Source of the DNA: Candidatus Campbellbacteria bacterium
GTDB taxonomy: Bacteria; Patescibacteriota; Minisyncoccia; Phycocordibacterales; JAXHMZ01
Length of the DNA: 64,000 bases
NCBI GenBank assembly: GCA_034521025.1
Contig: JAXHMZ010000005.1
Location: 26,352 to 90,351, forward strand
Direction of reading: 5' to 3'
Below the pieces are notes generated by a model. The model had not been told where the DNA came from. It saw nothing but the letters and a program-made list of their open reading frames with translations, and ran no database searches. The position numbers and the translations under genes are program-made. Shown piece after piece: positions 29,908 to 39,832 of the stretch (its first letter is position 1; each line of letters opens with the position of its first letter).

Positions 29908-30492
29908 CTACAAACCGCTGACGGCGAGTACTTCGTTTATTTCCTTTATGAGAGTCCTTCTTTCTTTTCCATCAATGTATTCGCTCTCGTTCTCTCCCAG
30001 AGGCATATTTGACACCCGCAAAAAAACATCGGAGTCGGTTCCGTATCCCAACACCTGAAGAATTTTGGAGACAAATACAAGCTCGTAGATATCGAGGTGG
30101 TCATTGGATACATTTTTCATTCCAAGAAAACCCTTTTCCACGACTTCGTATAGTTCAATGTCCGGCGACTCCCCCACCAAAAGGCGTTTTAAAAGAACCG
30201 AGATCTTTACCACAAGCGTTCTTTTTTCGCCCTCCGTCGTGGCAAAGAACATATTCTCAAACGGATATGCGTTAGTGATCCTCCACCCGCCTTTACCTTC
30301 AACGAGAGACACTTCCACAAAGGAGAACGGCTGTAAAGCGTAGCGTAACTTTGACTTTTGCAGGCGAATGCTTCTCGCGGACGCGGTTATTGTCCCAATG
30401 TCTTTGGTTAATAGAGTGAAAATTCTGTTGGCTTCTCCGACATTACGAGCCGACAGCACGAAAGAGTCTGTGGTATAAACTGTATTTGCCAT
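29908..30492 (-). CDS. recO: DNA repair protein RecO (short form)
   Basis: VLSARNVGEANRIFTLLTKDIG...ARSIRLQKSKLRYALQPFS RecO N-terminal OB fold. Confidence 0.88.
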   Translation of the reverse strand: MANTVYTTDSFVLSARNVGEANRIFTLLTKDIGTITASARSIRLQKSKLRYALQPFSFVEVSLVEGKGGWRITNAYPFENMFFATTEGEKRTLVVKISVLLKRLLVGESPDIELYEVVEKGFLGMKNVSNDHLDIYELVFVSKILQVLGYGTDSDVFLRVSNMPLGENESEYIDGKERRTLIKEINEVLAVSGL

Positions 30493-30501
30493 AAACCTCC
30501 A

Positions 30502-33500
30502 TTAAAGCTTCTCTACCACTAGCGTTACCTCGAAATCTCCTATTGATTGGGTTGTGCCTGTTTGAGTATTGTCTATAGGACCGACAATTAACTTTTCGGC
30601 ATTAGAAGCTTCTTTTATCTCCTCTTTATACTCCTCAACTATAGAGTCGAATTCTTCTTTGTCCGAATGGAAATAGACGTTGACCAGGTCGCGCGGATTC
30701 AAACCTAAGTTTTTGCGTTCATTTTGGACAGTCCTGATGACCTCGCGGGCGATACCTTCTTTTCTGAGCTCTTCTGTTATATGACTATCTATTTCAACCT
30801 CGCTTTTGCCTTCTTCATATTTGACCGACTTAACATTCATCTCATCGGAGATTATAGATTCCATAGTATCGTCTAACTTTTCGCCCCCATAAGAAAGCGA
30901 GGCGAGAGGTTGGCGCACTTTTATCCCCTCTTTATTCCGCTCCTCAAGTCCTTCGGAGACTATTTCACGAACTCTTTTCATCTTCTCTAAGATATCTCCG
31001 TTTGGCTTCTTTAAAGTAGGCCAAGACTCGAGGTGTACACTTTCCGGATCGCTCTCACCCCTGAGAGAACGATATAGGTAGTCGGCATAAAATGGCATAA
31101 ACGGAGCTGATATCAAAGCAAAAGTCTTTAGAGTAGTATAAAGCACGCGACGAGACATCTTTCCATCTTCTGAATTTTCACCCTTGAAACGATCTCTGGA
31201 ACGGCGAAGATACCAAGTAGACAGATCTTCCACAAAATCAAAGAGGGGTCTCGTGGCTTTATCTAACTCGTAGTTGTCAAGCGAGTGTCGCACCATTTGC
31301 TCGGTTTTGGAGAGTCTAGATTCGATCCATATATCCAGAACATTTTCGCTTTCTTCGAGCTCTTTCTCTTCTTCTAAGGATCTATCCCGATATATTTCGT
31401 AGAATTTATATACGTTATCAAGCCGGCCGATCACTTTTCGTGAGATCTCGGCAACACCTTTCTCGGAGAAATTGAGCGATTCGGCGCGTACTACCGAGGA
31501 AGATGACATATACAATCTGAGAGAGTCAGCTCCATATTTGCTTATTACCTCCAATGGGTCGGGATAGTTCAAAAGTCGTTTGGACATTTTTTGCCCGTCT
31601 TCAGAAAGAATTATGCCGTTGACTATTACGTTTTTGTAGGGCGACTTGTTAAATAGTCCAACTCCTAAGACAAGCAAAGAATAGAACCACCCTCTGGTTT
31701 GATCCAGACCTTCAGCGATAAAGTCCGCCGGGAAACCTTTGTTCCCTTCCGGTTCAAATATATCTCTATTCTCAAAAGGATAATGATGCTGGGCATACGG
31801 CATAGAGCCGGATTCATACCAGGTGTCAAAAACTTCAGCTACTCTGGTAAGCTCAGTTCCTGACTCGGAATAAACTTTTATTTGGTCAATATAAGGACGG
31901 TGAAAATCAAACTGTCTTCCGGTGTCCGTACGAACGTCAAATCTTATCGGAAAAGCAAACCTGCCAACACTCTGTCGATGAAGAAGCTCTTCGTTGATCT
32001 CTTTGTTTTCTATACTCCGTTCTATCTCAGCGACAATACCTTGGTGCGCAACTACAAGAACCGATTCACCGGCGTGCTTATGAGTCGCGTTTTCTAGAAA
32101 CCGATTGACTCTATCACTCACTTCTTTCCAACTTTCACCGTTGGTGCCTCGAACCGCCTCAAATTGCTCTTGGGGTGGAAGACTGAAATATTCTTTTCTT
32201 TCTTCTTTTACCCTCTCGCTATCCAGTGTTTCTTTTTCCCAATCTCCGCTATCCACCTCGCTAACTTCCTCTGCGATCTTCACTTCAAGACCCAATTCCT
32301 CGGCTACTATCTCGGCTGTCTTTCTAGCCCGAAGTACAGGAGAAGAATAAATAACATCAACAGAACCGGATAGCTTCTTGGCAGCCTCTTTCGCCTCTTT
32401 GACACCAGTCTCAGTTAGTCCGTACTTATCGAGAGAAGAATCCAATACATTCAATACATTCTTCTCGCTTTCGGCGTGGCGCATTGTGATTATTCTTGTT
32501 AACGCCCCACGTGATTTCTTGCGTAATTCTTCAACTGAACCAATAACTTCCATCTCCTTTGTCTCCTCATTTCTCCAAACTGGCAGAGGGGAACCCCAGT
32601 AGCGCGAACGAGAAACAGCCCAATCGCGAGCGTTTTCCAGCCATTTGCCAAATCTTCCCGTACCTATGTGATCAGGGGTCCAACTTACTCCTTCATTTGC
32701 TTTGATGATCTCATCTTTTATGTCAGTTACCGCAATAAACCAGGAAGTAGTAGCGTAATTTAAAAGCGGTGTGTCACAGCGCCAGCACAAAGGATACGAG
32801 TGGGTTATTTTCTCTTTGGCGAAGAGAAGGTTGTTCTCGGCAAGCCACTTTATTATCTTGATATCAGTAGCCATATGATCTTCCCCATCTTCGTCTTTTG
32901 GCTTTACCTTTTCTCCGGCAAAATCAACTACGTCTTCGGTAAACGCTCCCTCAAAATTGACATGGTGAACTATAGGTATATTCTTCTCTTGCGCGAGCAA
33001 GAGATCTTCCTCACCGAAGGCGGGTGCTAAGTGCACAATACCGGTTCCGTCGTCCGTCGTTACATAATCAGCGTCATATATTTTCCAGGCGTTTTCTTTG
33101 TTAGGAAGATCTTTATCTAAAAAGTACGGAAATGGTGGCTTGTACGAAAGCCCGACCAGATCACTACCCTTCATTTCTTTGGTTTGGATTTCGCTTTTCC
33201 CAGCCAACCAAAATAGCTGGTGCAGTTTGCCTTCGTTTGATGAATCCTTTTGTCCGGCTTCTTTGGCGAAAATATAAGTACCCGGATCAATGTCGCTCTT
33301 TAAGTCAAAGCCCAATTCCTCAATATTTTCCGGAACGGTAACGGCAATATAGTCAATATCTTTGTGCACGCCGACCGCCACATTACCCGGAAGCGTCCAC
33401 GGCGTAGTTGTCCAAGTCAAAAGAAAAGTTCCCGGCTCTTCTTTTAGTTCGAACTTTGTCGTTACGGAAAGATCCTTGATGTCTTGATATCCTAAATTAA

Positions 33501-34164
33501 CTTCAAAGTTGGAAAGCGTAGTGCCACAACGCGGACATAGGTGCATAGACTTAAAGCCCTCGTACACTAGATCTTTCTCAAAAAGAGTCTTGAATATCCA
33601 CCAGGTGGTTTCCGAGTATTCCGGATCCATAGTTTTGTAGTCATTTTCCATATCCACGAAACGTCCCGTGCGGGGAACGATCTTTCTCCATTCATCTCTG
33701 TACTTCAAAACCGAACCTCTGGCTTCCTCATTGAACTTATCTATTCCGAGATCCTCGATCTCACGTTTTGTATTAACGCCGAATTTTTTCTCGATCAAGT
33801 TCTCTATAGGCAGACCGTGTACATCCCACCCCCAAACTCTTCTCACGTGTTTTCCTCGCATTGTTTGAAAACGCGGGATTATATCCTTAATAGTCCCGGC
33901 CAAGAGATGGCCATAGTGCGGCAGACCGGTGGCGAACGGAGGACCATCATAAAAGACAAATTCCCCTTCCGGCGAAGGTTTGGAAAGAGACTTAAGAAAT
34001 ATATCGCTTTCGTTCCAAAATTCGAGGATGTCTTCCTCTCTTTTAGATACTTCACTTTCAGCTTTTATTTCCACGTTTTCTTTAGAGTTCTCTTTTTCCT
34101 TTTTTTTCACGTTTTCTTTCGTTTTTTTGGAATTCATCTCTTGCGAGTTTAGGTCATTGCTCAT
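30502..34164 (-). CDS. ileS: Isoleucyl-tRNA synthetase (type 2) with inserted histidine-phosphatase domain
   Basis: FYDGPPFATGLPHYGH, WTTTPWTLPGN, DWAVSRSRYWG, EGLDQTRGWF, KMSKR; insert with RHAES, SSPVLRA, VVAHQG. Confidence 0.97.
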   Translation of the reverse strand: MSNDLNSQEMNSKKTKENVKKKEKENSKENVEIKAESEVSKREEDILEFWNESDIFLKSLSKPSPEGEFVFYDGPPFATGLPHYGHLLAGTIKDIIPRFQTMRGKHVRRVWGWDVHGLPIENLIEKKFGVNTKREIEDLGIDKFNEEARGSVLKYRDEWRKIVPRTGRFVDMENDYKTMDPEYSETTWWIFKTLFEKDLVYEGFKSMHLCPRCGTTLSNFEVNLGYQDIKDLSVTTKFELKEEPGTFLLTWTTTPWTLPGNVAVGVHKDIDYIAVTVPENIEELGFDLKSDIDPGTYIFAKEAGQKDSSNEGKLHQLFWLAGKSEIQTKEMKGSDLVGLSYKPPFPYFLDKDLPNKENAWKIYDADYVTTDDGTGIVHLAPAFGEEDLLLAQEKNIPIVHHVNFEGAFTEDVVDFAGEKVKPKDEDGEDHMATDIKIIKWLAENNLLFAKEKITHSYPLCWRCDTPLLNYATTSWFIAVTDIKDEIIKANEGVSWTPDHIGTGRFGKWLENARDWAVSRSRYWGSPLPVWRNEETKEMEVIGSVEELRKKSRGALTRIITMRHAESEKNVLNVLDSSLDKYGLTETGVKEAKEAAKKLSGSVDVIYSSPVLRARKTAEIVAEELGLEVKIAEEVSEVDSGDWEKETLDSERVKEERKEYFSLPPQEQFEAVRGTNGESWKEVSDRVNRFLENATHKHAGESVLVVAHQGIVAEIERSIENKEINEELLHRQSVGRFAFPIRFDVRTDTGRQFDFHRPYIDQIKVYSESGTELTRVAEVFDTWYESGSMPYAQHHYPFENRDIFEPEGNKGFPADFIAEGLDQTRGWFYSLLVLGVGLFNKSPYKNVIVNGIILSEDGQKMSKRLLNYPDPLEVISKYGADSLRLYMSSSSVVRAESLNFSEKGVAEISRKVIGRLDNVYKFYEIYRDRSLEEEKELEESENVLDIWIESRLSKTEQMVRHSLDNYELDKATRPLFDFVEDLSTWYLRRSRDRFKGENSEDGKMSRRVLYTTLKTFALISAPFMPFYADYLYRSLRGESDPESVHLESWPTLKKPNGDILEKMKRVREIVSEGLEERNKEGIKVRQPLASLSYGGEKLDDTMESIISDEMNVKSVKYEEGKSEVEIDSHITEELRKEGIAREVIRTVQNERKNLGLNPRDLVNVYFHSDKEEFDSIVEEYKEEIKEASNAEKLIVGPIDNTQTGTTQSIGDFEVTLVVEKL

Positions 34165-34248
34165 ACTTTCTACTCTACCCCAGCTTTAAATCAAAATCAA
34201 AAGGCCCTAGATCAAATGGCCGTTGTGATCACACCGATAATAAATTAT

Positions 34249-35958
34249 CTACATTTTCTCCGGCACTCGAATACCTAGAATATACAAACCATTCTCCATC
34301 GCGGCAATAAAGCCTTTTGTTAACGCAAGCTTGTACGGACTATATTCATCGTTGGGATCTGCTATTTTTTCTTGCGCGTAAAAGGCGTTGAACTCACCGG
34401 CTATTTCGATCAAGTAAGTGACTACGTAGTGCGGTGCATTCTCTTTTTCCGCGCGTAGCACAACATCAGGAAAGCGTTTGAGCAATCGCTCTAATGGATA
34501 AATGCTCTCAGGGGCATTTTCAAATGAAGGTTCAATTCCTTCAGAGCAAGCTTTTTCTATCACTGAACGAGCACGCACAGTAGAATATTGCAAATATGGA
34601 CCTGAGTCACCTTCAAAAGAAAGTGACTGCTCCATATCAAAAGTAACTTCTTTGCCTATTGCCTGTTTGAGTATGGTGTATTTTATCGCCGCTACCCCCA
34701 CATCTCGCGCAATTTCCTCGCGCGTCTCTTCGGAATATTCTTCTTTCATCTTCTCGATGGAACGGTTTACTGCCTTCATAACCAAGTCCTCGCCGGAGAT
34801 TATGTTCCCTTTTCTTGAAGACATTTTTCCTTCCGGCAGTCGAAGTATATTGTGACTGATATGTCTCGTTTTCTTGGCTAATTCAGGAAAGATCTTTTCC
34901 ATAGCTACCAGAAGAACTTTGAAATATTCATTTATCTCGTTCCCAGTTACTACAACGGATGAGTCGTAAGGATAGCGTTCGTGTTTCTCTTTTGCCAAGG
35001 CCAGCTCTTTTGCCTCATAAGTTGGCAGTCCTTCGGAGTTAACAAAAACTCTGGTATGCAAACCGTGGTCTTCCCCTTTGAAAACGATAGCGCCGTCGCT
35101 TTCCGAGAATACGCCCTGGTCAAGTCCAGAGAGAACAACCTCTTTCCCTTTTTCGGCTACCTCGCTTTCGAAAAAGTATAGATCAAATTTTGTTCCCAAT
35201 AGATCGTAAATGCGCTCGAAGTCCTCTAAGCTCCAACGCCTACCCGTCTCGTAAAGATTGTTTATTTCTTCGTTACTCTTTTCGTAGATCTCTTTGTTGA
35301 TCCGCACTATAGCCGCGCGGGCTTCCTCGGATTCTTCATAGGCGCGAGATCCAAACGCATAAGCGTTTCCGAGAAATTCGATCTTCGATTTCAGGGAGTC
35401 GCTTTCCGCGGGAAAATTTCCATCGTCTTGTGTCATCCCCCAGACAGCTTTCGCTACGTGCATACCCACGTCTCCTTGATAACTTGCTCTTTTGACTCGA
35501 GCTCCAGAAAATTCAGTGAGGCGCGAGAGGGATTCACCAATAACGTTGGGCATTAGATGTCCAATATGAAATTCCTTGAAAGGATTGGGGTCTGTATATT
35601 CTATTATCACTTTTTCGCCCTCGCGATGATCGCTCCTGCCAAAATTCTTACTATCAGCATTGATATCTTTCAGAAGATCCGTGAAAAATTTTCTTGTGTA
35701 AAAGAAATTTATAAAACCGGGACCGGCTACTTCTATTTTCTCTACCTCTTCGGGTTTTATATTATTTATCTCACTCTCTAATTCTTCGGCCAGATCACGC
35801 GGGTTCTTTCCTGTTTTTTGGGAAAGAACCATAGCTATATTTGTTGAGACATCACCGAAAGAGATATCCGTGGGGAACTCCAGGTGTACGTCATCCACCT
35901 CAATAGAAAGACTATGAAGCGACTCTATGATTGCCTGTTTTATGCGACCTTCTATCAT
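34249..35958 (-). CDS. argS: Arginyl-tRNA synthetase
   Basis: VAGPGFINF, EYTDPNPFKEFHIGH, KMSSRKGN, FEGDSGPYLQY, C-terminal PEKM. Confidence 0.97.
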   Translation of the reverse strand: MIEGRIKQAIIESLHSLSIEVDDVHLEFPTDISFGDVSTNIAMVLSQKTGKNPRDLAEELESEINNIKPEEVEKIEVAGPGFINFFYTRKFFTDLLKDINADSKNFGRSDHREGEKVIIEYTDPNPFKEFHIGHLMPNVIGESLSRLTEFSGARVKRASYQGDVGMHVAKAVWGMTQDDGNFPAESDSLKSKIEFLGNAYAFGSRAYEESEEARAAIVRINKEIYEKSNEEINNLYETGRRWSLEDFERIYDLLGTKFDLYFFESEVAEKGKEVVLSGLDQGVFSESDGAIVFKGEDHGLHTRVFVNSEGLPTYEAKELALAKEKHERYPYDSSVVVTGNEINEYFKVLLVAMEKIFPELAKKTRHISHNILRLPEGKMSSRKGNIISGEDLVMKAVNRSIEKMKEEYSEETREEIARDVGVAAIKYTILKQAIGKEVTFDMEQSLSFEGDSGPYLQYSTVRARSVIEKACSEGIEPSFENAPESIYPLERLLKRFPDVVLRAEKENAPHYVVTYLIEIAGEFNAFYAQEKIADPNDEYSPYKLALTKGFIAAMENGLYILGIRVPEKM

Positions 35959-35978
35959 TTAGATAATTTTATCATCAT

Positions 35979-36401
35979 TTATCTTCCCGTACTTCCAAAT
36001 CCGCCTTCACCGCGAGAAGTTTCGTTCAATTCATTTACTTCTACTATTCCGGCTTGCTCCACGCGCTGAAAAAGGATTTGCGCAACTTTATGCCCACTTT
36101 CCATTGCCGCTTTTTCATTACCAAGATTAATAATTCCTACCATAATTTCTCCTCTATAACTAGCATCGATAACTCCACCGAGCACCTTTAATCCTTGTTT
36201 ATGAGAAAGTCCGCTTTTGTCCCATATCAATCCAACATAACCATCCGGAATTTCCATAGCAATACCTGTGCGCACTTGAGTTCTTTCTCCCGGAGAAAGT
36301 TCCAATCCTTCAAGCGCAAAAAGATCAGCACCAGCATCGCTCAGGTTTGCGTAAACCGGCAGCTTTGCCTCTTTTTCTAATTTTTTTACTTTAATATCCA
36401 T
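35979..36401 (-). CDS. dut: dUTP diphosphatase (trimeric)
   Basis: DAGADL, KSGL, GVIDASYRGEI, RGEGGFGSTG. Confidence 0.97.
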   Translation of the reverse strand: MDIKVKKLEKEAKLPVYANLSDAGADLFALEGLELSPGERTQVRTGIAMEIPDGYVGLIWDKSGLSHKQGLKVLGGVIDASYRGEIMVGIINLGNEKAAMESGHKVAQILFQRVEQAGIVEVNELNETSRGEGGFGSTGR

Positions 36402-36452
36402 ATTCCTTCATAGTAACAAACAAAACTGTAAAAGAGTGATGTTTTTATATAT

Positions 36453-37076
36453 TTATAAATATTCATTGATCATCTCAGTGATACTCTCGGTTACTTTATC
36501 AATCGGCTGTGAAGCGTCTACAAAACGAGACGGCACCTGTTCGGCAAACGCTCTTGTACCCTCGCGAACGCGTTCATGAAAAGCTATTTCTCGCTCATCA
36601 AAATGATTGCTTTCACTTTTGTTAACCACCTTTCTTTCAAGAGCTAAGCCCGGATCAACGTCTAAGAAAATATACGTCTCCGGTGCCCTGTCTTCGAGAT
36701 AGTAGTCGCGCATTGTCCAAAAGAGTTCAGTAAGCTCTTTTTCTTCTTGCCCATAGATCTGATGTGTGAACGTGGTGGAATCAAACCTGTCAGAGATGAC
36801 CAATGAACCGGATTCAAGGGCGGGTATGATCGTGCGCGCCAAGTGATCAGCGCGAGCCGCCCAAAAAAGAGCGAACATAACTTTAGCGTTGGCCTGTCCC
36901 GCGTACTCGGAGTTTAATATTAGCTCGCGAATTTCCTCGGCATAGGGCGAGCCGCCCGGCTCTCTCGTAACTACCGCTTTTTCGCCTAAGTTCTCTTTTA
37001 ATTTTTTTATTTGGGTGGATTTTCCGGCTCCTTCCACTCCATCTATGACAATAAATTTTCCAACTTGTCCTGGCAT
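36453..37076 (-). CDS. tmk: Thymidylate kinase
   Basis: FIVIDGVEGAGKSTQ, TREPGG, VISDRF. Confidence 0.96.
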   Translation of the reverse strand: MPGQVGKFIVIDGVEGAGKSTQIKKLKENLGEKAVVTREPGGSPYAEEIRELILNSEYAGQANAKVMFALFWAARADHLARTIIPALESGSLVISDRFDSTTFTHQIYGQEEKELTELFWTMRDYYLEDRAPETYIFLDVDPGLALERKVVNKSESNHFDEREIAFHERVREGTRAFAEQVPSRFVDASQPIDKVTESITEMINEYL

Positions 37077-37155
37077 ATTATGTTTTTTAAACTTGGCAAT
37101 ATTGTTTCCCTAGTACGATCAAAATACTGAAGTGTAGTATACTACAAATAAGAAA

Positions 37156-37659
37156 ATGTCTTCAGAGCCGAAAATTTTAATGTTAGCTACCATAGCCGGA
37201 GAGGATCGCGTGATCTCCAAAGACGGTGCTTTACCGTGGCGTATTCCCGAAGATGAAAAGCATTTCTCTTCTACAATAAAAAATCAAACAGTGATCATTG
37301 GGCGCAAAGCCTTTGAGGCAAATGTGCGAGACCTGAAGAACGCACGGCATAAAATTGTCCTCACTCAAAATATAAATCTTTTTTACGAGGGAGTTATTAC
37401 CGCTTATTCTCCGGAAGACGCTCTACAGAAGGCGCAAGAACTGGGGAGTAAAGAAGTTGTCGTGGTTGGAGGCGGATTATCTTTTGCTACCTTTTTACCT
37501 CAGACAACAACTCTATATCTCACCGTAATAGACCAAGACCTAGCGGGAGATATAACGTTCCCGGAATGTAATAATTTCGAAATAGTTTCCGAAGAAGAGA
37601 AAAAGCTGGGAAGAAACACTATTACTTTTACGGAATTAGAAAGAAAAAAAGCGGCCTGA
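37156..37659 (+). CDS. folA: Dihydrofolate reductase (divergent)
   Basis: VISKDGALPWRIPEDEKHF, IIGRK, VVGGG, LYLTVID..GDITFP. Confidence 0.88.
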   Translation: MSSEPKILMLATIAGEDRVISKDGALPWRIPEDEKHFSSTIKNQTVIIGRKAFEANVRDLKNARHKIVLTQNINLFYEGVITAYSPEDALQKAQELGSKEVVVVGGGLSFATFLPQTTTLYLTVIDQDLAGDITFPECNNFEIVSEEEKKLGRNTITFTELERKKAA

Positions 37660-37671
37660 AGCCGCTTTTTT
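37645..37671. terminator. Bidirectional terminator between folA and rplK
   Basis: AAAAAAGCGGC-CTGAA-GCCGCTTTTTT between convergent genes. Confidence 0.8.
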
Positions 37672-37678
37672 AATTATC

Positions 37679-38101
37679 TTATTTTACTTCTACCCCCATC
37701 GATCGCGCGGTTCCTTCTATGATCCGATCAGCTGCTTCTTCTGTGGCCGCATTAAGATCTGGGGCTTTTTTCTCGGCGATCTCTCTTACTTGTGCCTTGC
37801 TTAAAGTTCCCACCTTACGAGTAACATTTTTACCGGAACCTTTATCTTGGCCAATAGCTTTCAAAATAAGACGGGAAGCCGGTGGTGTTTTGAGTACAAA
37901 ATCAAAGCTTCGATCTTCATAAACCGATATCTCCACGGGAACAACGTCTCCGCGCATCTCAGCTGTTGCTTCGTTGAATTGCGTAACAAACTGTCCAATA
38001 TTGATCCCTGCCTGACCTAAAGCAGGTCCTACCGGTGGAGCCGGATTGGCGGCACCGCCTTGTATTTGGAGTTTTAATTTTTTTTCTACTTTCTTTGCCA
38101 T
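37679..38101 (-). CDS. rplK: 50S ribosomal protein L11
   Basis: [28 protein letters not shown]. Confidence 0.98.
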   Translation of the reverse strand: MAKKVEKKLKLQIQGGAANPAPPVGPALGQAGINIGQFVTQFNEATAEMRGDVVPVEISVYEDRSFDFVLKTPPASRLILKAIGQDKGSGKNVTRKVGTLSKAQVREIAEKKAPDLNAATEEAADRIIEGTARSMGVEVK

Positions 38102-38155
38102 ATAATTAGTCTTTTGACGGGATAAATGCTACACCAGTAGCTCTTTTTCTGCAAG

Positions 38156-38701
38156 CTATAATTTCGCGACTTGAAGGAAATCCAACTCAACCGGTGTTTC
38201 TCGTCCGAACATAGAAACCAACACCCTTATTTTGCCTGCTTCTTCGTCTACCTCGTCTACTTTGCCCTCTAATTCTTTGAAAGGACCGTCAACGATCCTT
38301 ACCGTATCGCCCTTAATAAGATCGATCGTGTGTTTGGCGGTATCGCGATTCATTCTAGCAAAAAGATCATCAACCTCTTTTTGCGAAAGCGGTACCGGCT
38401 GAACTCCGGAACCAACGAACCCGGTTACTCTAGGAGTGTTGCGAACCACATACCACGAATCATCAGTTACTATCATATCCACCAAAATATATCCGGGATA
38501 TATTCTTTCTTCTTCTTCTACTCTTTTTCCTCGTTTTATTTTTACTTTCTTTTCAGTTGGGACCACAACATCGAAGATCCTGTCGTCCATACCCAAAGAC
38601 TCTATCCGTTGTCTTAGGTTACGCTCAACTGCTTTTTCGTAACCGGCATATGTATGTATAGCATACCAATTACGTTCTCCTGTTGTTTGCTGCTTAGGCA
38701 T
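38156..38701 (-). CDS. nusG: Transcription termination/antitermination factor NusG
   Basis: WYAIHTYAGYE, YPGYILV, VRNTPRVTGFVG, KOW DGPF, FGRETPVEL. Confidence 0.98.
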   Translation of the reverse strand: MPKQQTTGERNWYAIHTYAGYEKAVERNLRQRIESLGMDDRIFDVVVPTEKKVKIKRGKRVEEEERIYPGYILVDMIVTDDSWYVVRNTPRVTGFVGSGVQPVPLSQKEVDDLFARMNRDTAKHTIDLIKGDTVRIVDGPFKELEGKVDEVDEEAGKIRVLVSMFGRETPVELDFLQVAKL

Positions 38702-38705
38702 ATTT

Positions 38706-38885
38706 CTATATAGATTGGATAACTTCAGTTAGAACTACATCAAAAAGCCCAAGCATTCCCGCTACCAAGAGGGATAGAGCAATAACAACAATAGTAAAAG
38801 AAACTATTTCACGTTGTGTCGGCCAGCTAACGTGTTTTACCTCCCCTCGCACATTTCTTAGATAATTTAATCCTCTTTCGATCAT
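38706..38885 (-). CDS. secE: Preprotein translocase subunit SecE (59 aa, not in the supplied ORF track)
   Basis: MIERGLNYLRNVRGEVKHVSWPTQRE + one TM helix ending GLFD; immediately upstream of nusG. Confidence 0.93.
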   Translation of the reverse strand: MIERGLNYLRNVRGEVKHVSWPTQREIVSFTIVVIALSLLVAGMLGLFDVVLTEVIQSI

Positions 38886-39007
38886 AATAAATACTTAGGC
38901 CATTCTAACAAAAAACCCCCGCGGGGTTATTGAGACCCTATATTACTTCATCTTTCTGATTTGGTCAATATTACATATTAGAATCGACATAAACTCAACC
39001 GATCCGA

Positions 39008-39799
39008 TTATCTGATCCTATAGGTAACTTCCACATTTACAGATATCCTGTTTTCTCCGGCCGGTATACTTGGGGCGGAACTGCCACCATCTTCCTCCAC
39101 TTCAAGTCTTGCCATATCTCCATGATATGGCCTCGGGTAACCGCCCTGGTTTTCGTTGTAGCTAATTACATCATCAAGACCGACACCCAAATTACGCGCG
39201 AGCGTCTTGGCTTTTTCTCTCGCGTTCTCTATAGCTTTTTCCCGCGCTTCCGCCATAAGTTCTGACTCATCGTCAATTGTGAAAGAAATTCCGGAAAGGT
39301 TATTAACCTCAAAGTCCCCTACAGAGCTAAGTATTTCTCCAGTTTTATCAGTATCACGTACCTTCACTTGAGCTGTCTGCGTTACCGTATAGGCAACTAT
39401 TTCTCGATCATTGTCAAATCTGAAGCCAGAAGACGATACATTCTCATATACAGGCGAAATGGAATATCCGGTTGTTTTTATATCCTCTTCCTTTACTCCG
39501 GCATCATCCAAGTAATCGAGAATTTGGTTCCATTTTTCGGTGGCCAAATTCTCTGCCTCTGCCACGGTTTCTCCTCGCTCCCTCACTGAATAATTAAAGG
39601 TTGCGATATCAGCGGTAGCAAATACCTCCCCTTCTCCGGACACTGTTATAGAACGCGTCTCCGAAACCGAGTCATCGCCTATGTAACTGAATTGTTTTAT
39701 TTCGTTGATCGTTTTTACACCAACAAACAGAGTTAATACTATCAATAGTATTCCTCCTAAATTCACTAATCGTCCTAATTTACTATTTAAAAATTCCAT
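39008..39799 (-). CDS. SIMPL-domain (DUF541) protein
   Basis: ITVSGEGEVFATADIA, AREKAIENAREKAKTLA, PAGENRISVNVEVTY. Confidence 0.9.
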   Translation of the reverse strand: MEFLNSKLGRLVNLGGILLIVLTLFVGVKTINEIKQFSYIGDDSVSETRSITVSGEGEVFATADIATFNYSVRERGETVAEAENLATEKWNQILDYLDDAGVKEEDIKTTGYSISPVYENVSSSGFRFDNDREIVAYTVTQTAQVKVRDTDKTGEILSSVGDFEVNNLSGISFTIDDESELMAEAREKAIENAREKAKTLARNLGVGLDDVISYNENQGGYPRPYHGDMARLEVEEDGGSSAPSIPAGENRISVNVEVTYRIR

Positions 39800-39832
39800 A
39801 TTTATTTTGTTAATTACTTTTATTACTCTAGG

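Noticed and set aside
31900-32500. Intein in IleRS
   Set aside because: No C/S start, no HN-C/S/T end and no LAGLIDADG motifs; the insert has histidine-phosphatase motifs.
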